DNA of 64,000 nucleotides from Akkermansiaceae bacterium (GTDB lineage Bacteria; Verrucomicrobiota; Verrucomicrobiia; Verrucomicrobiales; Akkermansiaceae): NCBI GenBank assembly GCA_031389115.1, contig JANMSI010000135.1, positions 18,758 to 82,757 of the forward strand, read 5' to 3'. Shown piece by piece: positions 38,901 to 45,328 of this stretch (position 1 is its first letter; each line of letters starts with the position of its first letter). The notes under the pieces were generated by a model. It saw only the letters and a program-made list of their open reading frames with translations, ran no database searches and was not told where the DNA came from. The position numbers and the translations under genes were made by a program.

Positions 38901-41326
38901 TTTATTATGTCGAGAGGGGAACCGGCACTCTGGAAGCCGGTCGTGCGATCACCACCAACAGTGCGCGCTCGCCTTCTTTCGGCATACTCTCCAATCTTAA
39001 CAGCCCCACCTTTCTCAGTCCGCAGGCATGGGTGCCCACGTTGTTGTTTGCCGGGAAATCGCAATTTGAGGTGAGTGCCAGCAGCGACGTGCTGATCGGA
39101 CCGACCTATAATCCGTTCCTTCTGCCCACCGGCCTGAACAACCGTTTCTGGTATAAAACCTATTTCAATACCTTTGCCCCGGACACCTCGACCTCGGTCA
39201 CCTCACTTGGTGGCAGCATCACCTTGCGCAATGCAATTACCCTTCCCAATTCCAACACCCCGGTTTCCGTGCTGCGGGGCTGGATGGACGCGCAAAACCT
39301 GCTGACGAATTCCAACACCTCCGCCGCATGGTCCCAACCCTGGCTTCGGCTTGGGGAAACCTCGGTCAGGGCGTTCTTACCGGTCCTCTCCCTGACCGCG
39401 CCCACCCTGCGGCTTTCAGCCATCTCGGGTGACCTGAATCTTGCAGGGAATCTCAATCTCTTCCCGTCCGCGATCGGTCAGTTGGAACTCCTGGCCGCCG
39501 GGGCGATCTCGGCCCTCCAGCCCACCGGATTGAGCAACAATCTCTTCGCGGGACGGTCCACCATGGTCTGGACGGCATCCACCCTCAACCTTTCGGATGC
39601 CGATCCGGACGCGGTCCCGGACGAGTTGTCGCCACTCAACTATTTCGGCATCGTGGGCGACAACGGCACGGCAAACGTCAGCACGCAGGATGGTTTCCTC
39701 GTCTCCCTCAGCAATCAATTCACGGAATCCGGCTCCTTCACCGGTGCGAACGCCTCGATCCAGTCCAAGCAGGCGCGCCATGACTCCGGACTCCTCCACC
39801 GCGACGACAAGGAGCCCGTGCGGGTTTACGCGCTGGGTGGCGATCTTTCGGGCCTTTCCCTGTTCGCCTCCAAAATTTCTCGACTGTTCGCCGCCCGCGA
39901 CATCACCGACGTGGCGCTGTATCTCCAGAATGTCATCGCCGGAGACCTGAGCATCGTGTCCGCCGGCCGGGACTTGGTCGCCTACAATTCCAGCAGCCAA
40001 TCGCGGATTCTCTCTCTCAGCCCCGGCAATGGCCTCGCCCGCGGGCAGACGCCGCTCGCCGGCGATTTGCAGATCTCCGGGCCTGGCACGCTGCAGGTTA
40101 TGGCCGGGCGCAATCTCGATCTCGGCATCGGCGGCGGCAATCCCGACGGCACCGGCACGGGGATCACCAGCATCGGGAATTTCCGCAACCCGTTCCTGCC
40201 CGCCGCCGGAGCCGACCTGGTCGTCGGCGCGGGACTCAATGCCACGCCGACGCTGGGCGGGAGCACGCTGAATTTCACCGCATTCATCGAGAAATACGTC
40301 CTCACCGATTCCGGAGCCAAGTATCTCGAGGAGATCGCCCCGGGCATCGACTTCGAAAAACAATCCCCGGAAGAACAGGCCCGGCTCGCGCTGGAGGTCT
40401 TCTATCAAATTCTGCGCGACACCGGCCGGGATTTCAACAAACCCGGAAGCGCGGGATTCGGCAATTACGCCAAGGGCGAAAAGGCGATCGAGACCCTCTT
40501 CGGCAAAGCCAGCAAGTGGAATGGCGAGGTTCTCACCCAAAGCCGTGACATCCGGACCCGCAGCGGCGGGGACATCGGCATCATTGCGCCCGGTGGCGGG
40601 ATCACCATGGCGGACACCAGCAGCGGGAACACGTCAACCCCTCCGGGCATCATCACCGAGGCGGGCGGGACGATTTCGATCTTCGCCGACCAGAATGTGA
40701 GCATCGGCATCGGCCGGATCTTCACCCTGCGCGGCGGTGACATCACCATCTGGTCCAGCGGGGGGGACATCGCCGCAGGATCCTCGTCCCGGACCATCCA
40801 GTCAGCGCCACCGACCCGCGTCGTCATCGACTCGCAAAGTGCCTCGGTGCAGACCGACCTGGCCGGCCTGGCGACCGGCGGCGGGATCGGGGTGCTCGCG
40901 ACCGTCGCGGGCGTGGCCGCGGGTGACGTGGATTTGATCGCCCCCACCGGGTTCATCGATGCCGGCGATGCGGGCATCCGGGTCACCGGGAACATCAACC
41001 TGGCGGCCGTTTCCGTCGTGAATGCCGGAAACATCAGTGCCGGCGGCAAGAGCACCGGATCCCCTTCGGCAAGCGTGAGCGGACCCAGTATCGGTACGGT
41101 GACCAGCGCGTCAAACGCCACGGCGGCCGCGGGCTCGACCGCCGTCCAGCCCGGCACTCAGCCGACCGCCGGAGCTCCCGTGGTCGCGAATGACGAGCCG
41201 CTTTCGTTCTTCACCGTGGAAGTCATCGGCTACGGCGGTGGCTCGGGCGATGAGGAGGACGACGACGAGAAGAAGAAAAGGAAAGCGTTGGAAGAGGCCG
41301 AAGCCACGACGCCGCTTGAGCCATGA
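29993..41326 (+). CDS. Giant filamentous-haemagglutinin-family TpsA, 3777 aa, with C-terminal DUF3739-like domain (start moved to 29993)
   Basis: Signal region, TPS secretion domain (LLNWQTFNVG...VYLINTNGIIFG), long Gly/Ser/Thr-rich beta-helix-type repeats, C-terminal GGDITIWSSGGDIAAG...GIGVL...DLIAPTGFIDAGDAGI. Confidence 0.92.
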   Translation: MKPKRFYFRTTSIFGTPLKYGAPLFIGFTVLISGLDAQAGDLLRGGGGGGSSKPGRASSGAPTPAATDAARANARDTLARTTRTVDSLRAMQNAARLAANKSGANHLGKNPNNLTVTLPQVPNGLMTGGLQVAPTVATDPTKWTGAKLPTQTVKTGKTKVATKVTIEQTTQQALLNWQTFNVGKNTTVTFDQSKGGADVGKWIAFNKISDPTGNPTQILGNIKADGQVYLINTNGIIFGGGSQVNARGLTVSSLPINENLIARGLLNNPDAQFLFSGLAMPAGTNGTPAFTPEAPLAATGKYGDVIVQEGAILESPSDSAKIGGRITLVGPNVFNRGSILTPDGQTILAAGLQVGFDAHPGGDPSLRGLDVYIGAVTDPISGMYAGNAAQDGIIESKRGSIILAGREVHQSGVLESTTSVALNGRIDLLAHYDAIRNPGYDPASASATSSPFLNRQTGSVIIGEDSLIRILPEYDSKETTIGKELALRSQVNIAAKAIHLGVDSVVLAPNAQININAGEWIQSGTSSSLVSRFVQSAGQVYLDENALIDVSGSSDVSAPVSQNIVSVDLRGAELANSPLQRAGILRNATVNVDIRDAGIYQGEQWVGTPLANIAGFANLIQRGVGQLTVVGGTVNISAGQSVVMQQGSKIDVSGGSTLFEAGTVNTTQLLTGGRLVDISAAAPNVIYDGIYNGTSTQANTKFGVFDVFKAALAPDGGRFDPGSTEGAAGGKLSILAPSMALDGKLTGKSLAGEKQLQTPPAAGSLSLSFLAQDKTYASRPVFSPTAPKIVFRPDSDQVAAGAFALDVNGDPLPLPAARLGEVQLSSDLAVRGGFDKLTVINNDGEIVVPEHVVFRANAGGSITLAASKITVDGRIIAPGGSLAFESSNLSLDTINLTANTADTTLPVADPGRGIFSLGSEGLISTAGLLVDDRSNARSAGLRPLFLNGGSISVKSYSAELSAGGRLDVSGGAAVSPSGAVTYGNGGSLAIVTGRDLGISAVLGGHLSLGATLAGFSGAKAGALSIQAPAIQIGGNSANPGVTVLDSDFFNQGGFGTFSLTGSGLASGTAREFVTGLYIAPEARVRPVVTGLILDPTGKTLELDKIVREEGVRAPASLSFRALGSSDPNTSIIQGRGDVVLSEGAKIRTDAKGSVSFSGETVTVLGSVIAPGGSISVAGAARFPSANPNLLLPTALIGNTAFLSAVGKTVLIDNPFGLRQGEIVAGGTISIAGNIVAERGAKLDVSGASGVLDLPPSSQSLASSEAGSLNGRDEVPVRIDSNGGRITLTGSRMLYSDAELIGKAGGSSAIGGSVAVSSDRFVAVAATFTTADTNLLVRQDGFLIPTGFVARGIGNALVDSGGNPLAGIGNFTVSTFKAGGFDSLALNGNVSFEESVSIKLPGAIQVSSGGVISSGSAVKLSAGYVSLGQSFAAPTLPAQQVLLFSRTDGFTGAVTPFTFSPVHGAGNLSVSADLIDIGNLSLQGLGQADFNAVRGDIRGNGTLSVAGHVEFKAGQIYPTTAARFDVFAYDFLSSGTVTQGSITIFDGKSRPVPLSAGGTLGMFASRITHGGTLRAPVGKIILGWDGTGTPPVNAIAGTTSTSPITAQLTLASGGVTSVGTEGALIPYGISLDGKSWIDPAGTDITVDGVPGKSVNLTAIDLVTEKGSTVEINGGGDLYAYRWISGNGGTKDVLASSSSFAIIPDYDFDYSPFAPFNSAPSAVNLDGQPGYTNPTLRIGDQITLAGGDGLAAGTYTLLPARYALLPGAFLVTPQSGTPTNSTRVPEGSEIISGYRSNTLDESRNGPTVISRFEIADSKVVRERSEYQDLFANTFLKEAAIKGEFTVPRLPIDSGYLSFSSTADMSLKGAVLSAGAKGGRGGFIDINSSSDILINKTGTGGTAGQLVLKASQLNDFGAESLLIGGLRALGPDGARITVNTDNLALDNQGAPLKGTDIILVSKEKITLEDDSKIVAKGGKGEVYDTLLLGNGAVAGSGNGSLVRVSANASGGVFRAGVSIPNAADLQILSGASLAGGNLVLDSTAGTQFSSSALLDAADLALSSGQISIRLSDPGVLNPTAGLVLSGNALASLQASAKRLSLLSYSSLDVYGTGTVGTPKFESLSLQASAIRGFNSGTGSVTFTAAALILGNSANTAPGTPLAGGSTGNLVFDADTITLGSNAVRLDGFSNTTLSASGEILVSGAGSLDAKGDLELVASSLTGESASKYRIAAAGLLELSRPAGAGTVSAGDGLGADLTLAGASLSLNGNVKLPSGKLTLHALAGDIVVGDTATAAIDLAGTSKPFVDVIRYTSGGTVNLFADKGSVKIDRATISVSAKTGGGNAGAIHVRTPGGGFELVGSIEGTAGPAGLKGTFSLDAGSIPGGNTASLDAILNTGDFTLSRDYRIRTGDVNIDGIAKSQTYRVAADSGDIVVSDTIDASGKTGGTIDLKANGSLVVGNGSLLDASGRDFNAAGKGGSVTLEAGNQRNGVIDPGATLDLRNGATVDLSVAEKKADSELFGRFSGTLHLRAPRNAANKDLKVEAIGSSILGASHILVEGVKLYALTGAAGTITTAIQTSVRNDATAFLGATGTTTAGYTAMFDRLTAARPGLDLILAPGAELYNGNGSITLGTLTSTATSDWNLASLRFGPKGAAGVLTLRASENLVFHNALSDGFSGGTSLWLSRLIAYNPLLPANAQSWSLRLGAGVDLSAASFREVRSLDQLGPNSGLVQLGKNRGSATATGGQNATTASIIGNAFQVIRTGSGDIDIHAGRSIQLLNVFSSIYTAGTQVADPTQVFAAGDFSVPILSLSPTLPQSGLGAVQQEYPAQYSMAGGNVTLQAGLNIERKTQNNSGLIDDSSRQLPNNWLLRRGYVGPDGNYGIVDLGTTTRRFVDPSASTSWWVDFSNFFQSVGTLGGGNVSLAAGNNVTNIDAVVPTNARAAMGRPGTANLLELGGGDLVVRAANDISGGIYYVERGTGTLEAGRAITTNSARSPSFGILSNLNSPTFLSPQAWVPTLLFAGKSQFEVSASSDVLIGPTYNPFLLPTGLNNRFWYKTYFNTFAPDTSTSVTSLGGSITLRNAITLPNSNTPVSVLRGWMDAQNLLTNSNTSAAWSQPWLRLGETSVRAFLPVLSLTAPTLRLSAISGDLNLAGNLNLFPSAIGQLELLAAGAISALQPTGLSNNLFAGRSTMVWTASTLNLSDADPDAVPDELSPLNYFGIVGDNGTANVSTQDGFLVSLSNQFTESGSFTGANASIQSKQARHDSGLLHRDDKEPVRVYALGGDLSGLSLFASKISRLFAARDITDVALYLQNVIAGDLSIVSAGRDLVAYNSSSQSRILSLSPGNGLARGQTPLAGDLQISGPGTLQVMAGRNLDLGIGGGNPDGTGTGITSIGNFRNPFLPAAGADLVVGAGLNATPTLGGSTLNFTAFIEKYVLTDSGAKYLEEIAPGIDFEKQSPEEQARLALEVFYQILRDTGRDFNKPGSAGFGNYAKGEKAIETLFGKASKWNGEVLTQSRDIRTRSGGDIGIIAPGGGITMADTSSGNTSTPPGIITEAGGTISIFADQNVSIGIGRIFTLRGGDITIWSSGGDIAAGSSSRTIQSAPPTRVVIDSQSASVQTDLAGLATGGGIGVLATVAGVAAGDVDLIAPTGFIDAGDAGIRVTGNINLAAVSVVNAGNISAGGKSTGSPSASVSGPSIGTVTSASNATAAAGSTAVQPGTQPTAGAPVVANDEPLSFFTVEVIGYGGGSGDEEDDDEKKKRKALEEAEATTPLEP

Positions 41327-42201
41327 CGCCACTGATCCATCTCACGAACCTGCTGGTCTTGTCCCTGCTGATTTCCGCGGGTGCGGCACCCGTGCAATCC
41401 GATGATGCTGCGGCCATCTATGAGCAAGGCATCGGTTTCCAATCCGGGAAATCTGCCGATCCGATCGCGGCCCGGCAGGCCTTCGAAAAGGCGGCATCTC
41501 AAGGTCATGCCCGCGCTGCGGTTCAACTCGGCATCATGCATGCCAATGCCAGCGGAGTGCCAAAAGACGACGCCCGGGCGTTGGAATACTTCAACCAGGC
41601 GGCCGCAGCGGGCCAGCGCGAGGGTATTTACAACAAGGGACTGTTTCTCCTCCAAGGTCGCGGTGCGCCGCGGGATGTGGACGCGGGTGTGGCGGCGCTC
41701 ACCGCCGCCGCGGAACTCGGGTCGATTCCGGCCCATGTCCGACTTGCGGATGCATTTTACTTCGGCAGCGAGGGCCTCGCGGCGGACCGCGCCCGAGCTC
41801 TGCCTCATGTCAAGGCAGCTGCCGATGCCGGCGATGCATGGGCCTGCAACTTGTTTGGAACCATGGCGGAGTTTGGCTACGCGATGCCCGTGGATCGCCA
41901 TGCCGCCCTTCACTGGTTCACCGAGGCGGCCCGGAAAAACAATGCGAAGGCGCAATACAATCTGGGACGCTTGCTTCACACGGGCAAATCCGCTCGATCC
42001 GATACGGTTGCCGCCTACACGTGGCTCAAGCTGGCCTCGCTGCATGGTGAGACGGCCGCGGCTTACATCCTGAAAGATCACGTTCTCTCGATGACTCCTG
42101 CTCAAATCGTGGAAGGGGACCGCGCAGTTGAGGAATTCAACGGAAAGTTCAGCGGTAAAGACGCAAAAAATGACCCGGCTGCATCCCAGGGAGGCGGGTG
42201 A
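41323..42201 (+). CDS. Sel1-like repeat exported protein
   Basis: Repeated A..LG.M...G.GV.KD...A..W...AA..G units; ATGA overlap with the tpsA stop. Confidence 0.9.
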   Translation: MTPLIHLTNLLVLSLLISAGAAPVQSDDAAAIYEQGIGFQSGKSADPIAARQAFEKAASQGHARAAVQLGIMHANASGVPKDDARALEYFNQAAAAGQREGIYNKGLFLLQGRGAPRDVDAGVAALTAAAELGSIPAHVRLADAFYFGSEGLAADRARALPHVKAAADAGDAWACNLFGTMAEFGYAMPVDRHAALHWFTEAARKNNAKAQYNLGRLLHTGKSARSDTVAAYTWLKLASLHGETAAAYILKDHVLSMTPAQIVEGDRAVEEFNGKFSGKDAKNDPAASQGGG

Positions 42202-42317
42202 CATTATCGTTGCATCCGACTCCTTGTCGTTCCGGTCTCATTTGCAAACTCTCTCAGCGTTCATCCAGAATCCCCTGATTTTGAAGGAACAAAACAATTA
42301 ATAAATCAATATAACTC

Positions 42318-43133
42318 ATGAAATCATTCCTCAAAAAGGCCCTGATCGGTACCGCCGGTTTGGCCCTGTTCTCATCCTCCGCCATGGCGGCTTGGACCTT
42401 CAGTGATCCCGATCTTGTCATCGGTTTCCAAGCCCTCGCCGGCCAAGGTTCGACCACCAATCTCTTCTTCAACGCCGGCAACTCATACAACTTCGCGAAC
42501 GGAACCGGTTCCAATGGTCTGCTCGGGAACATCAATGATGACCTCGTAGCCACTTATGGAGCCTCTTGGAACACCCGTACCGATCTCTACTTCGGTATCA
42601 TCGGCAACCGCAGCAACCTGGCTCCGAATTTGGCCCCCGCCACCCCGGGTGTGTCCGATGCCGGTCGCACCGTGTATGTCTCGGCTGCAACGACGACTGT
42701 CGGAGGTGCGGCTCTCCGCCCTCAGTTCGGCAGCAGCACGCTTGGAACGACCGGTACGAACTATGCCGGCCTTCGCACCAATCTCCCGACCTTCACCGAA
42801 ACCGCTTTCGGTGACGGAGTTGCCTCTCTGAACCAAGCCGCGCAACCGGTTGCTTGGAACAACAGTTGGTCCGTCCGCAATCCGACTCCAGGAGCCGCCT
42901 TCGGCACCCTGACCGGTGGCATCCAGCAAAAGTTCGGTCAAGCCGGCACGAACAACATCCTCGACATCCAGCGCATGGTTGCATCGACCCCGTCCGTCTA
43001 TGTGGGATCCTTCATTGTCAGTGACAATGGAGACATCACCGCCATCTCCGCAGTGCCGGAAACGTCGTCCAGCGTCCTAGCGCTCGCCATCGCCACCGCC
43101 GGGACGTTCCGCCGCCGCCGCAACCGGGCATGA
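42318..43133 (+). CDS. PEP-CTERM surface protein
   Basis: Signal peptide ending SAMA; C-terminal AVPETSS-SVLALAIATAGTF-RRRRNRA. Confidence 0.9.
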   Translation: MKSFLKKALIGTAGLALFSSSAMAAWTFSDPDLVIGFQALAGQGSTTNLFFNAGNSYNFANGTGSNGLLGNINDDLVATYGASWNTRTDLYFGIIGNRSNLAPNLAPATPGVSDAGRTVYVSAATTTVGGAALRPQFGSSTLGTTGTNYAGLRTNLPTFTETAFGDGVASLNQAAQPVAWNNSWSVRNPTPGAAFGTLTGGIQQKFGQAGTNNILDIQRMVASTPSVYVGSFIVSDNGDITAISAVPETSSSVLALAIATAGTFRRRRNRA

Positions 43134-43192
43134 TAAGCGACTATTTGCCAACCACTCCAAAACAACCAATCCATCCCCACAACAACACAATT

Positions 43193-44407
43193 ATGAAAAC
43201 GAAATCCATGCTCGTCATGAGCGCCCTCTTCATCTCGGCCACGTTCTCGAACGCCGCTGACACCCAGACCGTTTACAACATCACCGGTGCCACCGCGTTC
43301 CGTGCTGCCGCGAACCTGGCCATCATCGACCTCCTCGGTGGGACCGGCAATGTCCCGTACGCCTACACTGGTGCCAGCCTGGCCGCTTCCAACCGGACGA
43401 TTTTCAAGAAGACCGTCGTCACGAACCTTCCAGCCACTGGCGACACCGCCACCACGATCGTTCGCGCCTCGTGGTCCGGTTCCACCCAGGGCATCCTGGA
43501 TCTGGCCGACCAAACGGTCACCGTGCAGTTCCTCAAGACCACCGTCACCACGACCACCGCCGGCACCGTGAATCCGGGAGCCGCCGGTGATTTCGAAACC
43601 ACCAACGCCCGTTTCGCGTTCTCGGACGTGGACAAACTTCTCTCGGCCCGCCCCGATTCGGCGATCCAAGGCGAAGGCGTCGGCGTCGTGCCGTTCATGT
43701 TTGTCGCCGGTGAAAGCGCTCCCGCCACAGTCTCCAACATGACCGACCAAATCCACAACACCCTCTGGTCCACCGGTTCGGTTCCTGCTTCGTTCATCAC
43801 CGGAAATCCTGCGAACGCCGGTTTCACCATTTTGGCAACGGGCCGTAACAACGGTTCCGGCACCCGTGCCGCCGTGCTTTCCGAAACCCAATACGGTTCA
43901 TTCACCAGCGTGGTGCAGTTCAACCAAACCAACGACGGCACCGGCGTTGGCGGAGCTCTCACCGGCACCCCGACACTGTACGCACCGGGCGGCAATGGCG
44001 GCGGAACATCGAACTCCTTCGTGAAGGACCTCCTCGTCCGCACGTCCAGCCCGACCCACCTCAGCGGCAATTACGCGTTCGTCAGCTATCTGACCATCTC
44101 GGATGCCGTTACGGCCACGGGTTATGATCAAGTCTCCGGCAATATCACCCTTCCCACCGAAGGTGCGAAGCCGATGACCTACAACGGCGTCCGCTACTCG
44201 GAACAGAACGTCAACAACGGGTCCTACACGCTCTGGAGCTATCAGCAGCTCTATCGCGCTGCGGATTCGACTCCTGCCGAAGACACGTTCGCCACGGACT
44301 TGAAGAACTCGATCGACAACGTGCTGGTTCCTACGATCGGCCTTAAGGTCTCGGGCTTGCAAGTCGAGCGCTCCGGTGGTGACGGCGGCCCTGTCGCCCC
44401 GCTGTAA
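43193..44407 (+). CDS. Secreted PstS/DING-like periplasmic-binding-fold protein (start moved to 43193)
   Basis: Signal peptide ending SNA; ITGATAF near the N-terminus, GRNNGSGTR (compare PstS R-S-D-G-S-G-T) and GSYTLWSY. Confidence 0.65.
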   Translation: MKTKSMLVMSALFISATFSNAADTQTVYNITGATAFRAAANLAIIDLLGGTGNVPYAYTGASLAASNRTIFKKTVVTNLPATGDTATTIVRASWSGSTQGILDLADQTVTVQFLKTTVTTTTAGTVNPGAAGDFETTNARFAFSDVDKLLSARPDSAIQGEGVGVVPFMFVAGESAPATVSNMTDQIHNTLWSTGSVPASFITGNPANAGFTILATGRNNGSGTRAAVLSETQYGSFTSVVQFNQTNDGTGVGGALTGTPTLYAPGGNGGGTSNSFVKDLLVRTSSPTHLSGNYAFVSYLTISDAVTATGYDQVSGNITLPTEGAKPMTYNGVRYSEQNVNNGSYTLWSYQQLYRAADSTPAEDTFATDLKNSIDNVLVPTIGLKVSGLQVERSGGDGGPVAPL

Positions 44408-44485
44408 TCTCCGCCTGTCGGACATCCATGGCAGGTGCTGGCGGTCGCGCCGGCACCTGCCTTTTTCTCTCTAAATAATTTCCGT

Positions 44486-45205
44486 ATGAAGCGAATCCAT
44501 GTCTGTCTGGCCGCTACCGGGTTACTGGCTGTCGGAAGCGTCCTCATCCTGCGGCCCTCCGCCATGGAGCGGGTGAACCCGCCCCAGATTGAAAAAACCA
44601 GACCTCTGTCACGAGCCGCGCACCCGTCAGCCGGAGAAACAGCCGCCCGTTCCACCCACCGCGTCGAAATGGCGGTAAATGGAACAACTCCCGGAACGAG
44701 CGTCGCGCACAGCCGGTCAAGGGCGCAATTCACCCGGACCGCAATTCAGTCCGGACCTGCCCGGACATCACTCTCGCCGATCGCGCGGCAACCGATCCTC
44801 CCCGGCGTGCTTCAGGCCAGTAAAGCACCCCGTGGAATCGTTCACGATGCTCCCCTTGCCAGCGCCCAGATTGCTCGGACTCGCATTCCGGGTGGTTCGC
44901 CGCAGGACGCGCTTGGACTCACGTCGAATTTACCGCCAGCCCTGCCGCCTGCGGCGCTCATCGAACTCGACGATCCTGCCGTCGCGCAAGCGGACGCACA
45001 AAGGCGACTCACCGCGATCGCCTCGGATTTCACCGACGCCCTGAACCAATCAGGCCTCGATCCGGCAGATCCCGGCTACCGCCAGCTCTGGGACCGGGAA
45101 CAAGCCAGTGCTGACGCCCGGTTTCGGTCCATGTACGGTGGCCAAGCTTGGATGAATCATCACATCCAAAGCCACCACGCCCAGTCCCGTTCTCCAATGC
45201 AGTGA
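44486..45205 (+). CDS. Hypothetical membrane-anchored or exported protein (start moved to 44486)
   Basis: N-terminal hydrophobic helix, Pro/Ala-rich linker, helical C-terminus (ADARFRSMYGGQAW); lies in-line in the cluster. Confidence 0.6.
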   Translation: MKRIHVCLAATGLLAVGSVLILRPSAMERVNPPQIEKTRPLSRAAHPSAGETAARSTHRVEMAVNGTTPGTSVAHSRSRAQFTRTAIQSGPARTSLSPIARQPILPGVLQASKAPRGIVHDAPLASAQIARTRIPGGSPQDALGLTSNLPPALPPAALIELDDPAVAQADAQRRLTAIASDFTDALNQSGLDPADPGYRQLWDREQASADARFRSMYGGQAWMNHHIQSHHAQSRSPMQ

Positions 45206-45219
45206 CGTCCCGACCATCG

Positions 45220-45285
45220 TGTGACGATCCTGTGACATTACTGTGACAATCAACAATTTGTCCGAGGTCACAATTGCCTTACTTT
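45220..45285 (+). promoter_or_regulatory. Triple TGTGAC direct repeat (11-bp period) followed by TTGTCC-N16-TACTTT promoter
   Basis: TGTGAC at 45220, 45231 and 45242; -35-like 45258-45263; -10-like 45280-45285, the same TACTTT as at rpsT. Confidence 0.72.
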
Positions 45286-45328
45286 CCCGCTCGAACTTCT
45301 CCAACCAATTCCAAAACCATTCACAAAT

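Noticed and set aside
29993-41326. CdiA contact-dependent inhibition toxin
   Set aside because: No VENN or pre-toxin motif, no recognisable C-terminal toxin; the tail is DUF3739-like and the downstream gene is an exported Sel1 protein rather than a small immunity gene.
45220-45247. CRISPR or iteron-type repeat array
   Set aside because: The repeats are only 6 bp with 5-bp gaps; there are no cas or rep genes.
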